64,000 nucleotides of DNA from a virus. The position numbers and the translations under genes were made by a program. The stretch lies in the IMG/VR virus record IMGVR_UViG_3300042520_001372; one strand, given 5' to 3'. The notes below the pieces were generated by a model, which made no database searches, had not been told where the DNA came from, and saw nothing but the letters and a program-made list of their open reading frames with translations. Positions 38,060 through 47,876 of this stretch are shown here, one piece after another. Numbering within the stretch: the first letter of the stretch is position 1; the number at the start of each line of letters is the position of its first letter.

Positions 38060-38749
38060 TAATTTTGCAGAACCTGGTTTATAAGTAAATAGTACTGAAC
38101 CTACTCCAAAGTGGTCTAGGTTAGTATCTCTATTGTCGATACCTTCGTATCCTAATGTTTTTAGTAGTCTATTACTAAGCATCTCTCCGTTCACTTTCTC
38201 TCTAACATCCTTTATGAATTTAGAAACAATTCCTACGACAGTACCTTCTTCTATAGGAAGTCCTAACTCCTTAGTAATTACGTCCACTATTTCTTTCATA
38301 GCCTCTTTAATTTCCGGAGATTGTAAGTCTTCTTCTTGAATGTTAGGAGCTACTTGACCTACCTGCTTGGTTACTTCCGACATTGTATCGTAGAAGTTAG
38401 TGGGATTTGAGCTGCGGTAAAGTTTGTATTTTGATAAATCTATTTCGTAAATTTCTCCCTTCCCGATTCCCTTCAGATAATCACTGTCCTGCTTTGCATT
38501 CTCTAGATCTCCATAAAAGTAAAATCCGGTACCTAAGTAACCTGTTTTATTCTTAAAGTTCCAGTTTCTATCAGAAAGGCTTTCTGCGGGGTTCTTAAAG
38601 TCTCCTATGTGATACCCTACATCCATACCGTCTATTGCTTCCCTTACGAGAGCGAATAGCAGATCCTTGTCTTCTTTAAGATTAATGTCTGGGTATCCTT
38701 TCGGAAACCTATAACTGTTAAGTTCTATAAAGCGCTGTAATGCGTCCAT
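38042..38749 (-). CDS. Possible ADP-ribosyltransferase-fold protein
   Basis: GYH...GYLGTGFYF...A...GYEGI pattern following an N-terminal SYRFPKGYPD...LVRE module. Confidence 0.4.
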   Translation of the reverse strand: MDALQRFIELNSYRFPKGYPDINLKEDKDLLFALVREAIDGMDVGYHIGDFKNPAESLSDRNWNFKNKTGYLGTGFYFYGDLENAKQDSDYLKGIGKGEIYEIDLSKYKLYRSSNPTNFYDTMSEVTKQVGQVAPNIQEEDLQSPEIKEAMKEIVDVITKELGLPIEEGTVVGIVSKFIKDVREKVNGEMLSNRLLKTLGYEGIDNRDTNLDHFGVGSVLFTYKPGSAKLVANTK

Positions 38750-39261
38750 TAGTATAATAGTTCGTCAGGAATTCCTTCTGGTCTTTCTTCTGTACCTGTT
38801 TCTGCTGCTCCCCCTTCGGGTGCTTGGTCAAGCTGTGCTTCCATTCCACCGCCCCCTCCTGCACTGTTAGCTGTTTCAGCAAAGCCCATATCGGGGTTAA
38901 CTGGCTTACCGTAGCGAAGTAGTCTTGAAATAGCAGAGACTGCCATTTCTTCCTCTCCTAAGTTTAGTAGGTAGAATTTTTTACCCTGTACTTCTGCAAC
39001 CCAAGACCTAGTAAGGTCTGATAGGTAGTAATACTGATCGTTTTCAAGTACGACTCTAAACGTAGGCGGCTTTGGTGATACCCATTCAATATCCTTAACG
39101 AACAAATCAAACTTTGGAGACATTAAGTCTGTTAAAATTGAAATCAAATCAGGTATGTGATTTAAAACCTTATATTCTTTGTATTTGTTGATACCTTGCC
39201 TTTGTAGTTTTCCTACAATGGTTTTTTTAATTAATGACCTAAGTTGATGTTTGTTCAGCAT
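38749..39261 (-). CDS. Hypothetical protein
   Basis: 170-aa ORF; QLRSLIKK leader; acidic tail. Confidence 0.6.
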   Translation of the reverse strand: MLNKHQLRSLIKKTIVGKLQRQGINKYKEYKVLNHIPDLISILTDLMSPKFDLFVKDIEWVSPKPPTFRVVLENDQYYYLSDLTRSWVAEVQGKKFYLLNLGEEEMAVSAISRLLRYGKPVNPDMGFAETANSAGGGGGMEAQLDQAPEGGAAETGTEERPEGIPDELLY

Positions 39262-39270
39262 TGACTGTGG

Positions 39271-40452
39271 TTATTTCGTAAAACCACCCTTAGTGGCTGA
39301 ATGTGACATTACTTTGTGGAGTTTTTTAGGTATCATTGAATCACTATCAAAAGCGATTTTAGTTCGTAAATTACCGATTCTTTTCTTCTTTAAATCAAAA
39401 GGTACTAAAAAAGGTTTAGACATTGAATGAGAGTAAATAATCTGGTAGATGCCACCGTCACCAGCCTTAACCACATCTCCTACACTCAGGCTGCTACCTT
39501 CTTCATCTTTAATAGCTTCTTCAGCTACCATTACTGGAGTGGTTGAAGTAATGCTTTGTCCTTCTAGGTAGCTCGTAACTGCTGAAAGGTAGTCCTCTGC
39601 TTTTGTTAATTTGGATTGTACCCAACCTTCAAGCTGTGTACTGTTATCTATCATATCAAAAAGTTCCTTGGCATTTTTTACAATAGAGAATAATTGAGAT
39701 TTAGCCATTTCACCTTCGTAATCTCTCTCCAATCCTTCAGCTAGATTTTCCCTACGTACTAGTACTTTGCCTTTATCATTTTTAACTGTTCCTTTAAAGC
39801 TAGGGCTAGTCTTAAATGTATTGGCTGCTGCTGTTGTATCGGCTGCTGTGCTTATATTTAAAATATCGTCTGTTTGTGTCGGATTATCATAGTTAATGGT
39901 AAGTGCTGCTTCTTTAATTTTACCAACTACTTTATCGACGATTGCCTTTTGCAACATGTCAGGAAGTCTTTTTTGACCTCCTTTTAGTTCTGGAGCATCA
40001 TCATACATATCGGTCATTGCAGCTTCTTCTTTAAGGCATGCAGTTCCTTTAACGTGAGTGTGTTTACATGCGTAACAGTAAGTAGCTTTCTTTTCAGTGA
40101 GTTCGGTCTTTGGTTTTAAAGAGGCTATATACGCATCTACTTGTTTTCTGTGATTAGGAAGTAGCTTGTAGATATCCATAAATTTATTATTCTTCCTAAC
40201 TTTATCCATCAGGTCGAATTCATTATGTACTTCTAAAGTATTTAAAGTATCTTTATACTTTGTATATAGATCATTAAAAAGAGGTTGGTATTTATTAGTG
40301 CCTTCTTCCATCATTTTATCCATAGCTTGTAATTTTGCAGCTATAGCCATTTCATCTCTTTTATCTTCAGACTTACCTTGAAATTGAGGAGCATCAGACT
40401 TCCTAAAATCGTTAATGTAAGTGCTCATTGGTGCATTCTTTCTGATTGGCAT
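39271..40452 (-). CDS. Multi-module protein (probable head-internal polyprotein)
   Basis: Short modules (SDAPQFQGKS, CYACKHTH..C, YEGEMAKSQL...WVQSKLTKAEDYL) separated by LTE/LKE/IKE/LAE. Confidence 0.6.
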   Translation of the reverse strand: MPIRKNAPMSTYINDFRKSDAPQFQGKSEDKRDEMAIAAKLQAMDKMMEEGTNKYQPLFNDLYTKYKDTLNTLEVHNEFDLMDKVRKNNKFMDIYKLLPNHRKQVDAYIASLKPKTELTEKKATYCYACKHTHVKGTACLKEEAAMTDMYDDAPELKGGQKRLPDMLQKAIVDKVVGKIKEAALTINYDNPTQTDDILNISTAADTTAAANTFKTSPSFKGTVKNDKGKVLVRRENLAEGLERDYEGEMAKSQLFSIVKNAKELFDMIDNSTQLEGWVQSKLTKAEDYLSAVTSYLEGQSITSTTPVMVAEEAIKDEEGSSLSVGDVVKAGDGGIYQIIYSHSMSKPFLVPFDLKKKRIGNLRTKIAFDSDSMIPKKLHKVMSHSATKGGFTK

Positions 40453-40456
40453 ATTG

Positions 40457-41083
40457 TTAAGCGTTAAAGTATTTTTCGTATAAGCTCATTGCATCAGTTA
40501 CAGGAGCTTCTTTACTGGTTAATTCATCGTAATGTATCATAGTTAATGGCTCACCTTTGCTACTCATTTTAATTGCTTTTTGAGCTAAGTCATGTAGGTC
40601 CATATCTGTAGAAGCATCTTCTCTTGCAAATTCAAGCATTCTAATGAATAAAGGTACATCCACGCTGATAATATCAATAGGATTTTCTTCTTGTGAAGGT
40701 TCTTCTGCTTCTTGCATTTGAGCTCTTAAAGACTTTTTACCTTCGTCGGTTAAGTAGTTGGAGTAGTACTCTTCAAAATACTTTTTACCAGCATCTCTAC
40801 TTATATTTTCATCTTCAAGATCAAAACCCTCTTCGTTAGCCCATTTTGCAAATTTTTCAAAAGGTACTGTAATGTCTTTTGCATTTTCTGTATCCTTTTC
40901 TGTAGCTACGCTAAAGATAATATTTGTAGGAGCTTCTTCTGGTTCGAAGAGCACATCCTCAAAACTAGTTATTTTACCGTGGATAGCTTGATCATATTCT
41001 CGAGCAGCTTTAGGATCACTATCGTTTTCAGCCATTAAAATATGCTTACGTCTCCAATTAGACATGTTAAATGAGTTCGTCAT
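40457..41083 (-). CDS. Acidic hypothetical protein (probable head-internal)
   Basis: 208-aa ORF; DVPLFIRMLEFARED module. Confidence 0.6.
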   Translation of the reverse strand: MTNSFNMSNWRRKHILMAENDSDPKAAREYDQAIHGKITSFEDVLFEPEEAPTNIIFSVATEKDTENAKDITVPFEKFAKWANEEGFDLEDENISRDAGKKYFEEYYSNYLTDEGKKSLRAQMQEAEEPSQEENPIDIISVDVPLFIRMLEFAREDASTDMDLHDLAQKAIKMSSKGEPLTMIHYDELTSKEAPVTDAMSLYEKYFNA

Positions 41084-41097
41084 ATTAATAAATAGCT

Positions 41098-41667
41098 TTA
41101 TTTCTTTAACTTTTTCAAGTACTCAATAGCTTCTTCCTTCTGCTTTATAATTTTATCTCTGTTAACTTTGGACCAGCTTTCGACTTCTCCAAGTTCAGTT
41201 ACAAACCCATCGTTAGTTTCATTTAGTAAATCGTCAACCCAAATCTCATAATTGTTAATCATTCCATCAATTTCAGAGTTTTCAACTTGTTTTTGGTATT
41301 CGTCCCACTTACCTGTTCTTTTTAATTCTGTTTCAAATTTAACATGGCAGTCAAAGCAGTGACGGTGGATCTTGTAGAACTGATTATCGTATCGATGTTT
41401 CATTAAGGCTTTACAGTCCGGGCAGAATAAAGGTGTTAGAGCAACATCTCTTACTGCTTGTAGTTTTGAGATAGTTTGTTTAACTCCGTTCTTAATAGTC
41501 CATTGACGGCTATCCTCTTCCCAAATCTCTCCTTCTTTGCGGTCAACATGATCTTTAACGTATCCAGAAGAAACAGAAGTTTTATCCCCCATCTTTCCTT
41601 GTACTAAATTACGTAGCCTTTGAAGATCTGCTCCTCTAAATTCTTTCTTTAAAACCGATTCAGACAT
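41098..41667 (-). CDS. Zn-ribbon-containing hypothetical protein
   Basis: CPDC...CFDC. Confidence 0.6.
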   Translation of the reverse strand: MSESVLKKEFRGADLQRLRNLVQGKMGDKTSVSSGYVKDHVDRKEGEIWEEDSRQWTIKNGVKQTISKLQAVRDVALTPLFCPDCKALMKHRYDNQFYKIHRHCFDCHVKFETELKRTGKWDEYQKQVENSEIDGMINNYEIWVDDLLNETNDGFVTELGEVESWSKVNRDKIIKQKEEAIEYLKKLKK

Positions 41668-41670
41668 AAA

Positions 41671-42273
41671 TTATTTTTTGTATGTTTTAAGAATTTCTTC
41701 TTTTAAGAATGCTTTTAGCTTTGATTCTGTTACGTCTGTTTTAAAAGTAAAAGACTTTTCGTCAAAGCCAGCATTTTTTAAAACCGTAGTAACGATTGAT
41801 TTAATTTCGTTTCTACCCGGATTAGCATCCTTAGGGAAGATTAAAGTATTATCTTGAATACCCCAGTGTAGTAAGTTTGGTTTAGATATAGATGGATTTA
41901 TAAAAGCATCGTAGTTATCTTTTGTTCTAACTGGATAAGGTCCCATATCGGTTCCCACAGGTCCTTTTGTTAGCCATTCATTATACTCCATTTTTGATTC
42001 TGGATTTGCTTCTTTAAATTTTTCATAGCGAGCTTGTAACTTCAAATTCTTAACGTTAGTACTTCGAGGTCCAAAATAGTCTTCCACATCTTTATCAGAA
42101 ACTTTAGAGTTTCTCATAGTGCTGGTATACCTTCCGTAGTTATCCTTATTGTTTAAAGCTTTATCTGCATCTTCAACAGTATGTGGTTTCTTAATCGTTA
42201 CTACTAAATCCCTATCTTGCAGTAGGTAAAAGTCCTGATCGTCATCCTCGTGTAAATTATTGTATGTTCTCAT
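41671..42273 (-). CDS. Hypothetical protein
   Basis: 200-aa ORF; ends ESKLKAFLKEEILK. Confidence 0.6.
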   Translation of the reverse strand: MRTYNNLHEDDDQDFYLLQDRDLVVTIKKPHTVEDADKALNNKDNYGRYTSTMRNSKVSDKDVEDYFGPRSTNVKNLKLQARYEKFKEANPESKMEYNEWLTKGPVGTDMGPYPVRTKDNYDAFINPSISKPNLLHWGIQDNTLIFPKDANPGRNEIKSIVTTVLKNAGFDEKSFTFKTDVTESKLKAFLKEEILKTYKK

Positions 42274-42279
42274 TCTTGC

Positions 42280-42311
42280 TAAAGATACGAATTTTTATTC
42301 TTATTATCAAA
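42280..42311 (-). promoter_or_regulatory. Bacteroidota-type promoter (TTTG-N20-TATCTTTA)
   Basis: 6 nt upstream of the ATG at 42273. Confidence 0.7.
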
Positions 42312-42996
42312 CTTTACTTCTTTTTGAATTTTCCCAACCCCTAAAGTACATGTTTCCTTCTGTGTAAGCCTCTCTCTCAATCTCTTTTAGGTTATCATCT
42401 TCGTTAATGTCAGTTGTTTCAATCTTACCTAACCTGTCTTCTAGGTTTTGGTTATGGTGAATCATTTCATGAGCAAACGATCTTAAAATGTCTTTTAAGT
42501 GCCTTCCGGTAATGTATAATACGATTACTTTGTTATTTGGATCGTAATATGCAGTTTTACCTAGAGGATCTTTTGCATTCTCTGCATCATCTTCCATCTT
42601 TACAGCAGGTGCAGGTTCAATATTTAAACCCTCTTCCTTCATGTAGTTTGATAGTTCCTGAATGTATCCTACTAATACCTCTTGCACTGGAGTATATTCA
42701 GATCCGTAAGGTGCTGATTTTCTATTATTTTTTAAATCAGACGGTTCTAGATTCTCATTCTTAGAATGAAAATTAATAAACCAGTTTGCTTGTTGTTTAT
42801 CTAACGGAGTAGCATTCTCCCTACTTTTAAACTTTCTGGCTTTCTCGATAGTAACATCTCCGCCATATGCTTTTGTAATCTTTGCTTTAAAAGTTCCAGG
42901 AGCACCGTTGTCAGTCCTCTTACCCTTATAGGTTTCCTCCATACCTTCCGGTAGGAGATCTTTTATCATGTCGTATACTAGACCGTTCAACTCCAT
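42307..42996 (-). CDS. Zincin-like metallopeptidase domain protein
   Basis: AHEMIHH (HExxH) with downstream EREAY. Confidence 0.65.
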   Translation of the reverse strand: MELNGLVYDMIKDLLPEGMEETYKGKRTDNGAPGTFKAKITKAYGGDVTIEKARKFKSRENATPLDKQQANWFINFHSKNENLEPSDLKNNRKSAPYGSEYTPVQEVLVGYIQELSNYMKEEGLNIEPAPAVKMEDDAENAKDPLGKTAYYDPNNKVIVLYITGRHLKDILRSFAHEMIHHNQNLEDRLGKIETTDINEDDNLKEIEREAYTEGNMYFRGWENSKRSKV

Positions 42997-43009
42997 ATAC
43001 TATAAATAG

Positions 43010-43804
43010 TTACGCTTGTAACTTAATAGATGTTGGCAATAATTGTGAGTATGGTTTAAGCTCTGGGTTTTTAAACTTAAAAATTTCGTAAAGGTGTTTA
43101 AATGTCTCTATATTCTCTTCGTAGTCCGATTCTGTCTCCTTTAACTGCCACCCTTTACCTTGGATCTTCTTACCTGTTTTATCAGCACTCCTGGTTGATG
43201 CTTTTAGCCATAAAATCCCGGTTCGTTGTACGGGAGTATCAAATAATTCAGACCAAGCTTTTCTATAACAAGCAAGCTGTAAGTCATAGGTATCGTGAAG
43301 AGCGTTGGAGGTTTTAATATCAATTAACCATAATTCATCTGCAATTTTTAAAATTAAGTCACCTGTCCCTGCAATCTGTAATTCGTCTGAAAATAAATGT
43401 ACTTCTGATTCAATTAATTCAGGTTTATGTGTTTCCCAAAAGTCAGCAAACTTTAAAATCATTTTCCAAACCTCTAAGTTATACTTTACGTTTCCGTTAT
43501 CGTCAATCCAGATAATCTCTTCTCCTTTTAGGTAATCCTCAATAGCATTGTGTACTTGAGTACCTTCATCTCCAGCTCTACGCATAATGATGTCGGAGTT
43601 ATGACCTACGTCTTTAATCCAGCTTTCAAAGAACCTATCTTTGGGGAAATAAGAGAGTACGTAAGTTACTGACGGGTAGTAAGTATCTTCGTTTCTCTGG
43701 TAGTATCTAGAGTCTAGAATAGTAATCTGCCTTGATGTTGGGTCGGTTTGAACAATACGATTAATTCGTTTATCCTTCTTTACGTTGTTGTTTTTTTCTA
43801 TCAT
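43010..43804 (-). CDS. PD-(D/E)XK exonuclease
   Basis: PSVT, GTQVH, AGTGD, IDIKTS, QLACY. Confidence 0.8.
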   Translation of the reverse strand: MIEKNNNVKKDKRINRIVQTDPTSRQITILDSRYYQRNEDTYYPSVTYVLSYFPKDRFFESWIKDVGHNSDIIMRRAGDEGTQVHNAIEDYLKGEEIIWIDDNGNVKYNLEVWKMILKFADFWETHKPELIESEVHLFSDELQIAGTGDLILKIADELWLIDIKTSNALHDTYDLQLACYRKAWSELFDTPVQRTGILWLKASTRSADKTGKKIQGKGWQLKETESDYEENIETFKHLYEIFKFKNPELKPYSQLLPTSIKLQA

Positions 43805-44727
43805 AATTCAAATTTTTTCTCCATCAACGTTCTAAGCGTTAAGGGAGTGCTTTTATGTAATAACTTTGCAAAATTAACAAACCCTAACTCGGACGGATCC
43901 TTTTCGTTAAGATCTACTAAAAATACTTCTTTTCCATGGTTTAGCAAGGTCTCACAGTACTGTATTGCTTGCTTTAATGCATCATTATCTAATGCAATGA
44001 ATATTTGTTTAACACTAGAAGATACAATCTTCTTCATAAGTTTCTCCGGCAATGTCTTCCCTAGTAGCGGAATTGCATTACGCTTAATTGCCATTGCATC
44101 AAATGTACCTTCACATAGTATAATTGGACTATCCCAGTTTATAAGTAAATCAAATCCAATAATATTTTTAGATGCTTGTGGATTCTTGTATTTTATATCG
44201 CCAGGTCCGAAGTTACGTCCTACAAAGTAGTTTAGTACTCCATTTTCATCGTAGCTTGGGATAATAATCATATCCTTGTAGCGACCTGATTCACAGTACC
44301 CTAAGCTGTATCTTTTTATATCCGTCGGTGTTATTCCTCTCTCCTTTAAGTACCTTAATGCCTGACGTACAGTAACTTCGGAACTACTGGCATCGTGGAG
44401 GGTTTTATATTCTTTAGGTAAAGCTAAAGCTTCAACTTTAACTCCATGCTCTTCCTGGTAGGAAATCTTAACGTAATTCTTAAGTTCTTGAATCTTATGA
44501 TCAGGAGCTGATACTGCTTTGAAAAGACTAACTAGCTTTTTTCCTTTCTTATTACAAACCCAGCAATGCCAGTGATTAACACCTTCTTCGTTTTCTTGAA
44601 AGTTAATCTCTAATTTTGGCTTGTAGTGATTGCAGAATGGACAGTTGTACGAGTAGTTTGTACCCGATGTAGGTTTACCCGTTCCTAAAACACTACTTAC
44701 TAGGTTTACTAGTAGATGATTGACCAT
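43801..44727 (-). CDS. DNA primase (Zn finger + TOPRIM)
   Basis: CPFC...HCWVC; CEGTFD; LDND; KDP. Confidence 0.85.
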   Translation of the reverse strand: MVNHLLVNLVSSVLGTGKPTSGTNYSYNCPFCNHYKPKLEINFQENEEGVNHWHCWVCNKKGKKLVSLFKAVSAPDHKIQELKNYVKISYQEEHGVKVEALALPKEYKTLHDASSSEVTVRQALRYLKERGITPTDIKRYSLGYCESGRYKDMIIIPSYDENGVLNYFVGRNFGPGDIKYKNPQASKNIIGFDLLINWDSPIILCEGTFDAMAIKRNAIPLLGKTLPEKLMKKIVSSSVKQIFIALDNDALKQAIQYCETLLNHGKEVFLVDLNEKDPSELGFVNFAKLLHKSTPLTLRTLMEKKFEL

Positions 44728-44731
44728 TAAC

Positions 44732-44763
44732 CGAATATATAAACTTAATCGGGTAAGAGCAAG
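44732..44763 (-). promoter_or_regulatory. Bacteroidota-type promoter (CTTG-N20-TATATTCG)
   Basis: 4 nt upstream of the primase ATG. Confidence 0.6.
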
Positions 44764-45194
44764 TCTTTTCGGAAAAATCTGGAATTAACGTTGTCGTTGT
44801 ATGAGTTTGTTTCAAGTACATCATATTTACATTGGTAAGCAATTTCATAATAAGTTAATTGTTTTTTAGAGAAACACAACTTTAAAATCTCTCTTTTAAA
44901 TTTATCTTCGCCAATCTCCTTAACTTCGGCAAGTAGAGGCTTACATGAACCCCAATATTCTCTCCAATTAGATTCCTTACTAACTTTCTTTTTAGTAGGC
45001 TTTCTCCCTGGGCCGGACTGTTCAGAAATTTCTTTCTTTGTGAGTCTTTTAGTCAGTGTATTAGTAAATACTTTTCTACCAATATAAAACTTATCAGTCT
45101 CGATGTTTGTTATTCTGTAAACAAATCCGACTGCTTTTTCGTTAAATTGATATTCGTCTGTAACTTCTTTATTTTCATAAAACCAATTGGGCAT
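44745..45194 (-). CDS. GIY-YIG-family endonuclease
   Basis: GFVYRIT...FYIGRK, YWGS, REIL, YN. Confidence 0.7.
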   Translation of the reverse strand: MPNWFYENKEVTDEYQFNEKAVGFVYRITNIETDKFYIGRKVFTNTLTKRLTKKEISEQSGPGRKPTKKKVSKESNWREYWGSCKPLLAEVKEIGEDKFKREILKLCFSKKQLTYYEIAYQCKYDVLETNSYNDNVNSRFFRKDLLLPD

Positions 45195-45198
45195 ATTT

Positions 45199-46170
45199 TT
45201 ATCTATCGATGTTAATTAATATTGTTGTATCTGTTACATTATTACTTGGCAGCGGTTTCGCTAACTTACCGACTGCAATTAGATCTTGATTTTCATTATA
45301 AAGTCCAACCGTTGTAACGTATGGGTTAAAATAAGATCCTGTTGCAAAGCCATAAACGTTTCCAGAGGATCCTGAAATTAGTGATGGGTTTAGTGAGAAG
45401 TTAAACTCTGAGGGATCAAAAGTACATTTAAATTGAGTTTCGTAAAGTGTGTATGAACTGCTAAATGAACAGGTTACATTGTTGGATAGTATTATATTCT
45501 GAATGAATGGATTCGCATCTCCTCCATAAACATCGACTCCGTAAATAGCGCTTCCGTAATAGGGACCTCCTCCCTGGTTATCTTTCGTTAGTATAGCTAA
45601 TCCATGTTGGTAAATAATATTACCGCAATACTCTCCATCGAGTGAAAAATACAGGTTTCCATTACTATCATCAGTAATACTTCCAGAATCTGAGGTTATT
45701 ATAAAAGATCCGGGTTGAATTGTGTCTCCAAATAATTTAGAAGGTATTGAGATTACCCCTATAACAGCACTGGAAGAGGTTGGATAGTATCTTTCATATG
45801 TTAAAGTTGTTTCTAAATAGTTTTCGTATCTTCCTGCAGAACTAGCAGAACCAATTAACACGTTTCCTTCTGGGGTTGAACCTGGAAAGTTAAAAGGAAC
45901 TGATACTGGGTCACCATAAATAGAGCTTAGGTAGTTTGAATAGTAAAGCTCTTTAATTGAGTTGTAGATTAATCGCTTATACTCTACTCCTACATTACCT
46001 GTAGTGTTTTCGCTTAAGTTAAATAACCCTTGAATATTTTGTCCTAACAACCTGTCAATACCAACATCAGAACCAGTGAGTTCAGCCGCTCCAACGAATC
46101 GGAAAGACTTGTTTACCTCAAAGGGCGTGACTATAATGTCGGATGCTAGTAGTTGTTTGAACGCAGTCAT
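45199..46170 (-). CDS. Virion (baseplate/fibre-attachment) protein
   Basis: C-terminal YVTTVGLYNENQDLIAVGKLAKPL; paralogous to its neighbour. Confidence 0.55.
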   Translation of the reverse strand: MTAFKQLLASDIIVTPFEVNKSFRFVGAAELTGSDVGIDRLLGQNIQGLFNLSENTTGNVGVEYKRLIYNSIKELYYSNYLSSIYGDPVSVPFNFPGSTPEGNVLIGSASSAGRYENYLETTLTYERYYPTSSSAVIGVISIPSKLFGDTIQPGSFIITSDSGSITDDSNGNLYFSLDGEYCGNIIYQHGLAILTKDNQGGGPYYGSAIYGVDVYGGDANPFIQNIILSNNVTCSFSSSYTLYETQFKCTFDPSEFNFSLNPSLISGSSGNVYGFATGSYFNPYVTTVGLYNENQDLIAVGKLAKPLPSNNVTDTTILINIDR

Positions 46171-46175
46171 TCATT

Positions 46176-47171
46176 TTAGAAGTCAAGCTTAACTCTTACT
46201 AAAGACTCTTTTGTGAAGTCTTTAACTAGAGGTTTAGATAGTTTAGCTACAGCAAGTAATTCGTTAGTGTCGTTGTAGAATCCTACAGTGGTCATGTAGG
46301 TCTGAGGAGAATTAATAAATACGCTGTAAATAACATCCCCTGTTGATCCTGAAATAAATGAAGGATTTTCTGAGTAGTTAAACTCAGCATTTCTAGCTCT
46401 TACAAATACGTAATCAGATGATACTGTTTCTTCACTATTTACTTGGAAAGAGGCAGCTACTGATCCGGAGATTGCTCTGAATAGGGTCCCTGTATTGTCG
46501 CCATCAATGTCTGATGATCTTGAAGGGTTTAAATTAATTGATTGTGAGAGGGCTAACGGGTTTAAAATGATTGTAGCAATATCAGGTAAGAATAATCCAT
46601 AAGATCCAGAAGAAGCAGAATAACCTGTTCCTCCGTTATAAGAAGTTCCGTTTGAACCAGAAATGATTTGGTAAACTCTTCCGCAATCTAAATAAGTATC
46701 TGTAGATACCATTGCAGAGTTATCTGTAAGTTGTAATACAGTAGAACCTGATAGTTTAATGTTAAATGTACCTTTTAATAAATGCTCTTTGTACCTTGCT
46801 CTATCAATAGAGATTGCCCAGAAATCAGAAGCAGTTACTGTTCCAAAAATAAATTGAGCATTTTCATCTCCGTAAACCAAGTTTCTATACTGCCCGTAAA
46901 CAGTTCTAGTTGGAGATACACCGGGTACTAAATCATTAAAGTTAGCACTTCCGGAACCTTTACTATTACCGTAGGCGATTGCAAATTGTACTGTAGAACC
47001 TGATGCTGTTGATCCGGTTTGGTATACGTTTTTATAATAGCTATCGTTTGTAGTAGCGGTTGATGAGGTGAAAAATGTAGTAAGTGTGGGGTTGTTAGTA
47101 GACCATGCAGTAGCGGTTACCGAATCGATACTAACTAGGAAATCTTCTGGATCTAATCTTTTAAATGACAT
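46176..47171 (-). CDS. Virion (baseplate/fibre-attachment) protein
   Basis: C-terminal YMTTVGFYNDTNELLAVAKLSKPL. Confidence 0.55.
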   Translation of the reverse strand: MSFKRLDPEDFLVSIDSVTATAWSTNNPTLTTFFTSSTATTNDSYYKNVYQTGSTASGSTVQFAIAYGNSKGSGSANFNDLVPGVSPTRTVYGQYRNLVYGDENAQFIFGTVTASDFWAISIDRARYKEHLLKGTFNIKLSGSTVLQLTDNSAMVSTDTYLDCGRVYQIISGSNGTSYNGGTGYSASSGSYGLFLPDIATIILNPLALSQSINLNPSRSSDIDGDNTGTLFRAISGSVAASFQVNSEETVSSDYVFVRARNAEFNYSENPSFISGSTGDVIYSVFINSPQTYMTTVGFYNDTNELLAVAKLSKPLVKDFTKESLVRVKLDF

Positions 47172-47181
47172 AGTTTATATC

Positions 47182-47838
47182 TTAGCTTGTTTTGGTAACA
47201 GTTACGGGGATTTGAAGTCTTGCACCAGAATCTCTACCAATCACCTGCAAGGTAGCTGATAATGAAGTATTTGATCCGAACAATGTATTAATTGTAGTTG
47301 CACTTAAGTTTAATGTGGTTCCGATCACTGTCTTGGATACTGTGGTACCGATTGTAGTAGTTTGGTTTAAAGCTTGAACGTCTGGGGTATTGATACCTAC
47401 ACCGTTGAAAGTATTAAACAATCTAACATCAGAAATCGTGAACGTGTATCCAGAAGACTCGTAAAGAGCAGTCTGAGATAGGTAATTTAAAGTCTGAGGA
47501 GTAATTGCTAAACCTGCACCTTGTTTAATAGTAATTGCAGAGTATCCGATATCTAGAACAGGCATCTTAGCAGTACCTCTTGGTAGAGTTACCAACTTAT
47601 ATTTCATAATTTGAGTCTCGTCGGGAAATGCTTCAAGCAGAGGCATATTTTCAATAGCTTCTCCGTAAAAAGCAGACCCAGAGGGTTGTGTTGGATTGTA
47701 CAGTGTGTAGTCAATTTCGTCGTCAGATAATGCAAATTGTGTGATTCTAAAAGAACCATCTCCTCTTGCAAGAAGCTCTCTTCCCTTTTTAGTTAAGATT
47801 GCATCAACTGTAACTACGGTATTAGATAAGTATCCCAT
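47182..47838 (-). CDS. Virion (baseplate) protein
   Basis: LTKKGRELLA...ITQFALSDD, resembling the start of tail-collar/fibre-anchor domains. Confidence 0.5.
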   Translation of the reverse strand: MGYLSNTVVTVDAILTKKGRELLARGDGSFRITQFALSDDEIDYTLYNPTQPSGSAFYGEAIENMPLLEAFPDETQIMKYKLVTLPRGTAKMPVLDIGYSAITIKQGAGLAITPQTLNYLSQTALYESSGYTFTISDVRLFNTFNGVGINTPDVQALNQTTTIGTTVSKTVIGTTLNLSATTINTLFGSNTSLSATLQVIGRDSGARLQIPVTVTKTS

Positions 47839-47876
47839 TTAGTATTTTTATTATAAATATGTAATTTAATGAACTT

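Noticed and set aside
44745-45194. Intron-associated homing endonuclease
   Set aside because: Free-standing short GIY-YIG gene; the flanking genes appear intact and no intron structure was seen
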